The notes beneath the pieces are model-generated. The model was not told where the DNA came from, did not search any database, and saw only the letters and a program-made list of their open reading frames with translations. A DNA stretch of 64,000 nt from an uncultured Verrucomicrobiota bacterium (GTDB lineage: Bacteria; Verrucomicrobiota; Kiritimatiellia; JAAZAB01), in NCBI GenBank assembly GCA_964463985.1, contig CAYXEK010000004.1:18820-82819 (forward strand), written 5' to 3'. The translations under genes and the position numbers were made by a program. This document shows positions 1 to 8,015 of this stretch, piece after piece (the first letter of the stretch is position 1; each line of letters begins with the position of its first letter).

Positions 1-43
1 TTCCGCATCAAACGAATAGCGCCTTGGTTCCATAGAAGAAGAC

Positions 44-1231
44 ATGAAGAAGAAACGAAAAGAAACACTTGCTCGCAGGCTTGTCGAACTCATATCAGAG
101 CCACAGTTCATCAAGTTTGAGCACATGTTGAGTGAGCCAAACATATTCAAGATTGTTGGCCGAACCCATTATGAAAGATGGCATTCCTGTTTCTGGGGCT
201 GGCTTTTGGACGCTAACGGATCACACCTACTTTCCGACTACTCGCTGATTCGAATGTTGTTTTTGCTTGTTGATGACATGTGCCTGAAGGCAAAGAATCA
301 CGAAGCGCAGAATCTATGGAATTTACTTCCAACAATTGACTTTTCAGAGATAGAAGTCACCCCCAACGAGAACACATCTATCGAAACAAGCGTTGCCGGA
401 GTAGGACGATTCGACATTTTTTTGACAGCCAAGTTCACTGATGGCTTGGGTCGGCAAGGAAGACTCAATGTGATCATTGAAATGAAAATCGACTCCAAAC
501 CCAATGGGGAACAGTCCAAGAAATACGCTGACTGGCTTCTTAAGAATCATTCAGACGATGTCAACCTCTTGATCTACATAACCCCAAAATTGCTTGATAC
601 TTCAAAAGCTACCTCTGGCGATGACCGGTGGTACTGTCTCGACTATCAGTTACTCAACGACAGATTGCTACTTCTATTACTTGATCATCCGACACTGAAT
701 GATAAGGTCAAGCCGTTCATCGTTCAGTATGTGAAGAACCTGAAAATCAGATATAAGGGGATAAAGATGGCTATCACAAACGAAGAAAAACGTATGGCTG
801 TGGCGCTTTACGAAAAGTACAGCGATGTATTTGATTCGATCTATGATGCATTGGTATCGACAGGCACAATTGATCACAGCACTTCTGATGTTGTCCCCGA
901 TAACGGACGCGAATCGGGACGGCTTGCCGTAAAGATCCATGGCAAAGTGTTCTCAAACGAGACCCTCAAACAACTGTTGGAAGACGTTCTCAAGTACCTC
1001 GTAGATGCTAATCTTCTATCGAAATTGCCGTTACCTTGGGGAACCAGTAATCAACGCTATATTCTAACGAACAAAGAACCACCAAAACACCCCAACGGCA
1101 AAGACTTCTTCTACCCTGTAAGATACAAGGGATTCACGATGGAGAGCCACTATTCACGCGATCGGGGGATTCAGGTTTTGGGACATTTGTGCGGAAAACT
1201 GGAACTTGAGTTTGAGCAAATCGAAACATGA
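44..1231 (+). CDS. PD-(D/E)XK nuclease family protein (PDDEXK_4-like) with an extra C-terminal domain
   Basis: 395-aa ORF. It has the N-terminal ERWHSCFWGWLLD..GSH motif typical of PDDEXK_4 and the catalytic GRFDIF...IIEMKI...EQSKKY (D, ExK, QxxxY). Confidence 0.75.
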   Translation: MKKKRKETLARRLVELISEPQFIKFEHMLSEPNIFKIVGRTHYERWHSCFWGWLLDANGSHLLSDYSLIRMLFLLVDDMCLKAKNHEAQNLWNLLPTIDFSEIEVTPNENTSIETSVAGVGRFDIFLTAKFTDGLGRQGRLNVIIEMKIDSKPNGEQSKKYADWLLKNHSDDVNLLIYITPKLLDTSKATSGDDRWYCLDYQLLNDRLLLLLLDHPTLNDKVKPFIVQYVKNLKIRYKGIKMAITNEEKRMAVALYEKYSDVFDSIYDALVSTGTIDHSTSDVVPDNGRESGRLAVKIHGKVFSNETLKQLLEDVLKYLVDANLLSKLPLPWGTSNQRYILTNKEPPKHPNGKDFFYPVRYKGFTMESHYSRDRGIQVLGHLCGKLELEFEQIET

Positions 1232-1244
1232 CAGGAGACATGTA

Positions 1245-1445
1245 ATGAGAAAAGACAGAATCATATACTCGATCAACATCGAAGACGTGCAAAATGTGGC
1301 ACAACAAGAATTGGGCCGAGACCTAACCGATAGCGAATTGAAGATTGTGGAAGCCAAGATTGGAGACCAGTTCGACTGGTTCGAAGCAATTGCTTCCGTG
1401 ATAGGTGCATACATTGAACAAAACGAACCCGCACATTCTAACTGA
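1245..1445 (+). CDS. small acidic hypothetical protein (66 aa)
   Basis: AGGAGA at 1233-1238 precedes ATG 1245. The sequence MRKDRIIYSINIEDVQNVAQQELGRDLTDSE... looks protein-like. Confidence 0.6.
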   Translation: MRKDRIIYSINIEDVQNVAQQELGRDLTDSELKIVEAKIGDQFDWFEAIASVIGAYIEQNEPAHSN

Positions 1446-1461
1446 TTTTCCGGAGTCCCAC

Positions 1462-1644
1462 ATGTTGCAGAATGAATACGAAAAATTAGTTGAATATCTT
1501 GAAGAGATGATTTGCGATGGTTGTCAACTTGTGCATGGCGGGAACCTGCTTGACTGGCATGACACCAAAATCCTCAAAGTACTCCAGAAGATCAAGGCAC
1601 TCCGCGAGCGGGAATCCCCGGACACTCGGAAGACAAAGAAGTAA
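1462..1644 (+). CDS. small hypothetical protein (60 aa)
   Basis: GGAG at about 1452 precedes ATG 1462; the ORF is co-oriented with and closely spaced to the previous one. Confidence 0.45.
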   Translation: MLQNEYEKLVEYLEEMICDGCQLVHGGNLLDWHDTKILKVLQKIKALRERESPDTRKTKK

Positions 1645-1693
1645 GACAGGCATAACAAGAGGCGCTGCGCGCAGCACCCCGTTCGCCACGATG

Positions 1694-1775
1694 TAAAGGG
1701 ATGTGATGTAATGTATAAAGGGATGTGAATAAAGGGATGTATAAAGGGAAAAAGGGACGATCAGAAAAAGGGACG
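1694..1775. repeat. short direct-repeat cluster: TAAAGGGATGT x3, TAAAGGGA, AAAAAGGGACG x2
   Basis: Read directly: copies at 1694, 1716, 1730, 1742, about 1749 and 1765. Confidence 0.85.
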
Positions 1776-2093
1776 TTCCTTGTAAGATATTATTCATCAA
1801 AAGATTATCAATTAATTCACATCACGTGAAAAACATGGGGGCATGGTCAATTTTTTGATTTACCATCATTACGGCATGATCGCCGTCGAGCATGCCGAAG
1901 CAGAACGGCTAACTCGGAAAGTTCGCCCCACCCGTGAAAATAACATCATCGTGCAAAGCTGAACGGCATATTTTTGAACCATTGTAAAATCGGCCGGACG
2001 CTTACCCATTTTCGGCTGCCCCACAAAAATCTCCGCGCCAAGACCGCTAAATGCCGGGCGGATTGCTACTTGCCGGTTTTTTTAAATTTGTTG

Positions 2094-2136
2094 TTGACAA
2101 TCGCGTATTCGATAAATACATTCAACTATATTGAAT
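2094..2136 (+). promoter_or_regulatory. sigma70-type promoter with overlapping palindromic operator upstream of the IclR gene
   Basis: TTGACA (2094-2099), a 17-bp spacer, then TACATT (2117-2122). The palindrome ATTCAA-CTATA-TTGAAT at 2120-2136 overlaps the -10 and the predicted start site. Confidence 0.65.
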
Positions 2137-2155
2137 TTTTATTTGTTATTCTCGT

Positions 2156-3079
2156 ATGCTGGCAAGCACTAAATACGCCAATCAAGTCCGTCCGGAGCGC
2201 ACGCTGCAGTCGGTTTTGCGCGGTTTTCAAGTGCTGGAAATCGTGGCGGCCACCCATGGCGGCGCGGCGCTCAAGGATATTGCCGCACAGATGGGATTGA
2301 AGCCGCCCACCGCGCATATCCTTCTTAACACGCTGGTGGCGGGTGGATATCTGGCGCGCCGCCCGGGCGACATGCGCTACCGGCTGGGAGAAGCCTCGTT
2401 CCGGCTCACTGACCGCTACCTGGAAAACACACTGCGCCAGGGCGCCGAACAAGCCGTGCGCGCGGTGGCCGCCCAATTGCCCAAAGCCACGGTGATCTTT
2501 GTCGAACCCCGCGATTGCGATGTTTCCGTGTTGTTCCGGATGTCGCCCGACCGCCCCAGCATCATCCAGATGCCGCGCGAACGCCGCATGGCGCCATACC
2601 AGAGCGCCAGTGCGTTGGCCTGTCTGGCATTCCTGTCCCCTGAAGAACAACTGGCATTCCGGCAGCGCCATGATTTTCTGGAAGACGGCAAATCCGCTTG
2701 GGGTAGCGAAAAAAAACTAGAAGCATTTTTGAATAAATCACGCCGGCTGGGCTATGTTCTGCTGAATTTCTCCCGCAGCGGAGTGCGCGCCATGGCCGCG
2801 CCGGTTTTCAACCGCCGCGGCCAGTTGGCCGCCGCGCTGGGCGCCAGCATGCCCCCGGTTGATTTTAGCGCCATGGAAAAGCAAATTATTGAAATCGTAA
2901 CGGCCGCGGCCCGCAAGTTATCAGCGCCGGATTTTAACATACAATCCGCCGGGGTTTCCCCGAACCGAATTCAACACACAGACACGGAAGGGAAAGGACA
3001 TGACAGCATCGCAAAAATACGGAACGATCATCACCGGCATCATGAACAACATCCTGGAGCAGGAAGCCGGCCATATTGA
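2156..3079 (+). CDS. IclR family transcriptional regulator
   Basis: N-terminal HTH (QSVLRGFQVLE...LKDIAAQMGLKPPTAHILLNTL...GY...YRLG) and C-terminal effector domain (RRLGY...GVRAMAAPVFNRRGQLAAAL). An ~50-aa tail overlaps the next gene by 80 nt. Confidence 0.9.
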   Translation: MLASTKYANQVRPERTLQSVLRGFQVLEIVAATHGGAALKDIAAQMGLKPPTAHILLNTLVAGGYLARRPGDMRYRLGEASFRLTDRYLENTLRQGAEQAVRAVAAQLPKATVIFVEPRDCDVSVLFRMSPDRPSIIQMPRERRMAPYQSASALACLAFLSPEEQLAFRQRHDFLEDGKSAWGSEKKLEAFLNKSRRLGYVLLNFSRSGVRAMAAPVFNRRGQLAAALGASMPPVDFSAMEKQIIEIVTAAARKLSAPDFNIQSAGVSPNRIQHTDTEGKGHDSIAKIRNDHHRHHEQHPGAGSRPY

Positions 3080-3755
3080 CAAGGCCGCCGAACTGCTCGC
3101 CGGTTGCTATGCCGAGGACCGCCTGATCCACGTCTTCGGCGCGGGCGGCCACTCGGCCATCGGCGCGATGGAAATCTTCTGGCGCGCCGGCGGCCTGACC
3201 AAAATCAACGCCATGTTCCCGGTCGGCACAAACATCATCACCGCCAATCCAACCACCGCCAAAGTCACCGGACTGGCCCCGTTCATTCTGAACTATTACG
3301 AGGTCAAACCGGGCGATCCGCTGATTCTGGTCAACTTTTACGGACTGAACCCGGTCGCTGTGGACGTGGCGATCGCGGCGCACGAGCGCGGTGTCAAACT
3401 CGTCACCGTCAATTCGCATAAATTCGCCGCCACAGTGCCGGAGGACTTTAAATGGCGCCACCCATCCAAAAAAAACATTCATGACTTCGCCGACGTGGCG
3501 GTGGATAATCATGTCCCCTATCCTGACGCCGTTTTGCAGGTCCCGGGCGTGCCGGAACCGATCACACCCACGGCAACCATCGCTACCTGCTTTGCCTTGA
3601 ATTGCATCATGACCGAAACCATCGCCAAACTGCCGGGAAAGAACGTCAAGCCGGAAATATGGATCAGCAACAACATCCCCGGCTGCGACGAACACAATCA
3701 ACCCCTGGTGGAAAAATACCGGCATCGTATCCACCACCTGTATCCGGTGGTGTAA
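3000..3755 (+). CDS. SIS (sugar isomerase) domain protein, UPF0309-like
   Basis: IHVFGAGGHS...EIFWRAGGL, GDPLIL...GLN, DVAVDNHVPYPDA and TATIA motifs; GGA-rich RBS upstream. Confidence 0.85.
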   Translation: MTASQKYGTIITGIMNNILEQEAGHIDKAAELLAGCYAEDRLIHVFGAGGHSAIGAMEIFWRAGGLTKINAMFPVGTNIITANPTTAKVTGLAPFILNYYEVKPGDPLILVNFYGLNPVAVDVAIAAHERGVKLVTVNSHKFAATVPEDFKWRHPSKKNIHDFADVAVDNHVPYPDAVLQVPGVPEPITPTATIATCFALNCIMTETIAKLPGKNVKPEIWISNNIPGCDEHNQPLVEKYRHRIHHLYPVV

Positions 3756-3761
3756 CAAAAA

Positions 3762-3845
3762 GGGACAAAGGGGCAAAGGCACATAGTCACAAAGTCAGAT
3801 ATTAGCGGAGTTCCGGAATTCCGGCTTTGACACTTTGATCCTTTG
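3762..3845. repeat. imperfect palindrome built of 8-bp periodic units (xxCAAAGx / CTTTGxxx)
   Basis: Left arm gacaaagg ggcaaagg cacatagt cacaaagt; right arm ctttgaca ctttgatc ctttgagc. Confidence 0.65.
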
Positions 3846-3883
3846 AGCCTGTGCCACTTTCATCGGTAAATTGGAAAGGGGAA

Positions 3884-5044
3884 ATGAAAACCACAGAATT
3901 ACATGTGCCGGACCGTTACGCGATTGCCATCACATCCATCGCCCGGATCAAACGTAAAATTTATCTCGGTTTGACCGCCGGCGCCCGCTCGCTCGCCGTC
4001 TACGATATTGACCGGGAAGAAATCGGCATGGAGCCGGATATTTTCCCCTGGGTGGCCGGCCGGGGTTACTGCGCAAAAATTCATAATGCCATGGGCGCCT
4101 TGGATGACGGGACGTTGCTGCTGGGCGAAGGCAACCATTTTACCTGGGACGGCATCCCGGTCACGGTCAATTATTTCAACACCGAACTCCCGGAAAGCAT
4201 GCTCGGCCGCAAACGCGCGCAGGGTTTTCCCGACGTTAAATACACCGATTTCTGCCGTGAAAACCTGGACGGCTGGGATCGCACCGCAACCGATCCGGGC
4301 GGCAAAATCCTGCGTTACGATCCCGCCACCCAAAAGGCGGAATTGGTCGGCGAACTGCCAGAATTCCTGTATGCCCAATCCATGGTGGTGGACGCCAAAC
4401 GGCTGCGCGCTTTCGGGCATACCCTGCCGGACAATAATTTCTTTTACGTGGATGTCAGCCAAAAAACCATCCATAATTTCGGCCATATATCCGATTTCGC
4501 CCATCACAACATGGTGATCACCCCGGCCGGCGTCTGTTACGGCGGCTGGATTGACCGGGCCAACGGCTCTTTAAAACTCCTGAAATTCGACCCGGAAAAA
4601 CAACGGCTGGAATATCTGGACAAGGTGATCCTGCGCGACCCGGGCGCCAAGGTGGCCGGCAATCAGGGCATTGACTCCTGGATCGTCACCCGTGCGGGAG
4701 AAATTTTCATGGGTGCGGTCGCCAATTCCCTGCTGTTCCGATTCGATCCGGATACGGAAGAGTTTGAACTGATCGCCCAACTGGCCAAGGGCGGCCGGAT
4801 AACCTCGATGGACGAGGACGAAAACGGAATCATCTGGATTGGCGCGGATTATCCGCACATGCGCCTGATCCGGTTCGATCCGAAGTCCGGCGGCAAAAAC
4901 CGGGTCATAGATTGCGGCCGGGTGAACGACTCCTACCCCCGCTGCTATTTCCATGCCTCATGTTATTTCGAAGGCAAATTGTACCTGGGCGAAACCGACG
5001 GCTTTTCACCCTCATTGCACATTGTTGATTTGAATAAAATGTAG
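3884..5044 (+). CDS. hypothetical beta-propeller-like protein
   Basis: 386 aa with recurring blade-like motifs (LYLG, FDPE/YDP, GIIWIG, GKLYLG). No signal peptide evident. Confidence 0.7.
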   Translation: MKTTELHVPDRYAIAITSIARIKRKIYLGLTAGARSLAVYDIDREEIGMEPDIFPWVAGRGYCAKIHNAMGALDDGTLLLGEGNHFTWDGIPVTVNYFNTELPESMLGRKRAQGFPDVKYTDFCRENLDGWDRTATDPGGKILRYDPATQKAELVGELPEFLYAQSMVVDAKRLRAFGHTLPDNNFFYVDVSQKTIHNFGHISDFAHHNMVITPAGVCYGGWIDRANGSLKLLKFDPEKQRLEYLDKVILRDPGAKVAGNQGIDSWIVTRAGEIFMGAVANSLLFRFDPDTEEFELIAQLAKGGRITSMDEDENGIIWIGADYPHMRLIRFDPKSGGKNRVIDCGRVNDSYPRCYFHASCYFEGKLYLGETDGFSPSLHIVDLNKM

Positions 5045-5062
5045 TTCGATTAAAAACAATTC

Positions 5063-5150
5063 TCTCACAAAGCCACAAAGACACCAAGATGAACGAAAAC
5101 GAAATAGGGACAATTATAGTTTGCCTCCGTGCCTTTGTGGCTTTGTGAGA
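5063..5150. repeat. perfect 18-bp inverted repeat with 8-bp periodic arms
   Basis: TCTCACAAAGCCACAAAG (5063-5080) and CTTTGTGGCTTTGTGAGA (5133-5150). Confidence 0.9.
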
Positions 5151-5190
5151 AATTTTTCCGAAATTCCGACAACAGGTGAGTGGCAAACAT

Positions 5191-7995
5191 ATGCAACCAG
5201 AGGCAAGTTGTTTTGACCAGCCGGCGGCGCCTGATGCGGGAACACCAATCTCGTTTCGACCACTGGGCGCACCGGCCGATCCGGATCCGGCGCCGGTATA
5301 TTGGATGGCGCGCCGTTTTTTCACCCTGCCGGCAAAGCCGGTCAACGCACCCCTCGCAATCGCGGCTGACCGGCATTACGAAGTCTTCCTGAATCAGACG
5401 CAAGTGGCAACCTGCCGCAATTATTTCAGCGGCGACCGGTATCTCTGGCTCCAACGCCATGCCGGTAAGGATTTGCCGGTCGCCGCAATCGCCGGCAAAA
5501 ATGTCCTTGAAATCCTGGTTCGGTCAGACCCGCAGGCAAACAAGAACCATGTCCAATTCCATCCCATGCTCTGGTGCCATCTGCGTCTGGAAACGCCGGC
5601 CGGAACGATTGACGTGGCCACCGATAGCGATTGGGAAGTCGCCGCTATTTCCGGCTGGCGAACTTTACGCGCCTGCCAACTGACCATCGCTTACGAAACC
5701 TTGACCATCCAGCCGGCCGGCCGGTGCGGTGTGCGGGGCATTCCCAGCTTCCTGGAATACGGCCCCCCGGCGCTGCTGGACCCTCGCCAACTGCCGCCGA
5801 TTTACGAATGGACCGACACGCCGAAACGCGTTGACATTCACCATCCTGCAGCCGTAACCGCTGCGGGCACATGGACCGGTTCTTCGGAAAGCCTCTGTTT
5901 CAACCTGCATGATTTGTTCGGCGCCGGAGACGCCGGCGGCGCCGGCGTTGTTTTGCGTGCGGAGTTCAACGCGCCACGCGAACAGGATATCTGGATCGCG
6001 GCTTCGGGATTCTGCGACTGTGCCGTTGAGCTTAACAACTTTCAAATCTGCGCGCGCAACAACCTGCCGGGACCGGATTTAATGCGCCAGAAGAATTTTT
6101 TGGCGCCGCCCTGCCGCTGCCGCGTCCGGCGGGGGGCCAATGAAATTGCCGTGCGGTTCGGCAACGATCACCGGCGGTTCCTGGCCTGGCAGGCGCGCCT
6201 GGCGCAGCAACCGCTGGCGGCGGGGTTGTGGTTTCGGCTCCAAATTCAGGGGATTTCTTCGGCGGATTGGCGCTGGCTTAACAATGCCGGATCCGCCGTA
6301 AAACCGGTTCCCTGCCAGGGCAACCTGGAAGACATCCTGGGCGCCAAGGCCGCCAGTATGCCGCTGCCCGCCCTGACCGTCGGAAGCACTCCGGCCAAGT
6401 TCACCCTCCGCGGCTTGCGCGCCGGGGAAAAACCATTTGTCCTGCTCGACTTCAACGGCATCAAAAAAGGGCAACTTTCTTTCACCATCCAGGCGGACGC
6501 GCCCGGGCGGATTTATCTCGCCTACGGGTTCCTCGCCGAACAGGGTTCGGTGGATTGCGGACGCAACGGCAAAAAGGCTGTGGATATCATCAATGTCCCC
6601 GCCGGCTATTCGGAATACGAGGCGTTTGAAGACCGTACTTTCGTTTATCTGGACATGGCGTTCGAAAATTTCACGGGGTCGCTGGCCATCAACGACATTG
6701 CCCTCGCCGAACGCGTTTTTCTCGATGAGCAACGGACGCAATTCCAGTCACCCGACTCAACGCTGCCGGCTGTCTGGCGGGCATCGCTCCGCACCGCTCA
6801 AATCTGCTGCGATGAAATTTACATGGATAATGCCGAGCGAGAGCATTGCCAATGGCTCTGCAGCGCGCCGCCCAATATCGCCGCCGGCTATTACGCCTTC
6901 GGCGGTGAAATGCCCAAGGCCGCCAAAGTCCTGCTCGAATTCGCCCGGCACCAGCGTCCCAACGGAGAAATCCAGGGACATGCCCCGGGCAGGTGGGGCA
7001 ACCGGCCAATGTACCAGTGCCACATGGGCCTGTACGTCCGGGCAGTCTGGCGCGACTACCACTACCGGGGCGACATGAACCTGCTGCGGCGCCTGATGCC
7101 GCATCTGCACAAACTGCTGGCCTTCTGGAAAACGCACCGCAATCCGCGTGGATTGCTGGAAAACATTGAGACGGTCTGGGTTGATTGGGGCCAGCATCTT
7201 TATTCCTACGCGCCCGGAGGCATTCCCGGCGCCCAAGGCGCCGGCGGCGTATTGACGGCCATGAACGCCTATTACCTCGGGGCATTGCGCATGTGCGCCG
7301 AACTGGCCCGCGCCCTCGGCGAAGACCGTACGGCGGAACGCTACGACGCCATGGCGGATGAAACGGCTGCCGCCATGGCGCGCCTGTTGTTTGACCGCGA
7401 TAAAAAACTTTTCCGCGACGGACTCAACAACCCGGCGGCGGAAAAGAATTATTCCCAGGCGGCCAATGCCGCCGCCGCGCTTTACGGCGCGCTGCCGCCG
7501 GCGGAAGGCGCGGCTGCCCTGCGCGCCGCCTTTGAAACCGCGCAGCCATGGACGGAAATCATTCCCGCCAGCCCGCACTTCGGGCTGCTGGCGGGCGAAG
7601 CCTTGTTTGAAGCTGGCTTGGACGCCCTGGCGTACGCCTGGATCGGCCGGCATGCGCATATGTTGCAAGCTCCCGCCGGCACGATCTGGGAAACCTGGTC
7701 GCCGCATGTCGCGCATTGCCAGGGCATCGGCTCGGCCATCGCCTATCACCTGGCGCGTTACCATGCCGGAATTTATCCCGCGCGGCCGGGTTTCGCCGCC
7801 ATCGGCATCCGCCCGCAGGCCTGCGGCCAGTCCTGGCTGCGGATGCGGATGCATACGCCATGGGGCGCGGTCGGCGCGGCCTGGCAGCACACGGCCCGCG
7901 GCTTCGATTATGAATTAACACTGCCGCCGGCGCTCCAGGGCCGGCCGCTGGAGATCGCTCCCGCGGTACATTTAACCATGTCGTCTTCCCATTAA
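5191..7995 (+). CDS. GH78 alpha-L-rhamnosidase-like glycoside hydrolase
   Basis: N-terminal AADRHYEVFLN domain, LDFNG..KG, MDNAEREHCQW (DxPxRER-like), YSQAANAAA, PASPHF, TIWETW, HCQG and GFAAIGIRP...TPWG C-terminus. ATG at 5191. Confidence 0.8.
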   Translation: MQPEASCFDQPAAPDAGTPISFRPLGAPADPDPAPVYWMARRFFTLPAKPVNAPLAIAADRHYEVFLNQTQVATCRNYFSGDRYLWLQRHAGKDLPVAAIAGKNVLEILVRSDPQANKNHVQFHPMLWCHLRLETPAGTIDVATDSDWEVAAISGWRTLRACQLTIAYETLTIQPAGRCGVRGIPSFLEYGPPALLDPRQLPPIYEWTDTPKRVDIHHPAAVTAAGTWTGSSESLCFNLHDLFGAGDAGGAGVVLRAEFNAPREQDIWIAASGFCDCAVELNNFQICARNNLPGPDLMRQKNFLAPPCRCRVRRGANEIAVRFGNDHRRFLAWQARLAQQPLAAGLWFRLQIQGISSADWRWLNNAGSAVKPVPCQGNLEDILGAKAASMPLPALTVGSTPAKFTLRGLRAGEKPFVLLDFNGIKKGQLSFTIQADAPGRIYLAYGFLAEQGSVDCGRNGKKAVDIINVPAGYSEYEAFEDRTFVYLDMAFENFTGSLAINDIALAERVFLDEQRTQFQSPDSTLPAVWRASLRTAQICCDEIYMDNAEREHCQWLCSAPPNIAAGYYAFGGEMPKAAKVLLEFARHQRPNGEIQGHAPGRWGNRPMYQCHMGLYVRAVWRDYHYRGDMNLLRRLMPHLHKLLAFWKTHRNPRGLLENIETVWVDWGQHLYSYAPGGIPGAQGAGGVLTAMNAYYLGALRMCAELARALGEDRTAERYDAMADETAAAMARLLFDRDKKLFRDGLNNPAAEKNYSQAANAAAALYGALPPAEGAAALRAAFETAQPWTEIIPASPHFGLLAGEALFEAGLDALAYAWIGRHAHMLQAPAGTIWETWSPHVAHCQGIGSAIAYHLARYHAGIYPARPGFAAIGIRPQACGQSWLRMRMHTPWGAVGAAWQHTARGFDYELTLPPALQGRPLEIAPAVHLTMSSSH

Positions 7996-8015
7996 CCGTA
8001 CACCGAGGAATCAGC

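Noticed and set aside
1843-1962. 39-aa ORF MVNFLIYHHYGM... with a G-rich upstream tract
   Set aside because: No motif or coupling evidence; chance ORFs of this size are expected.
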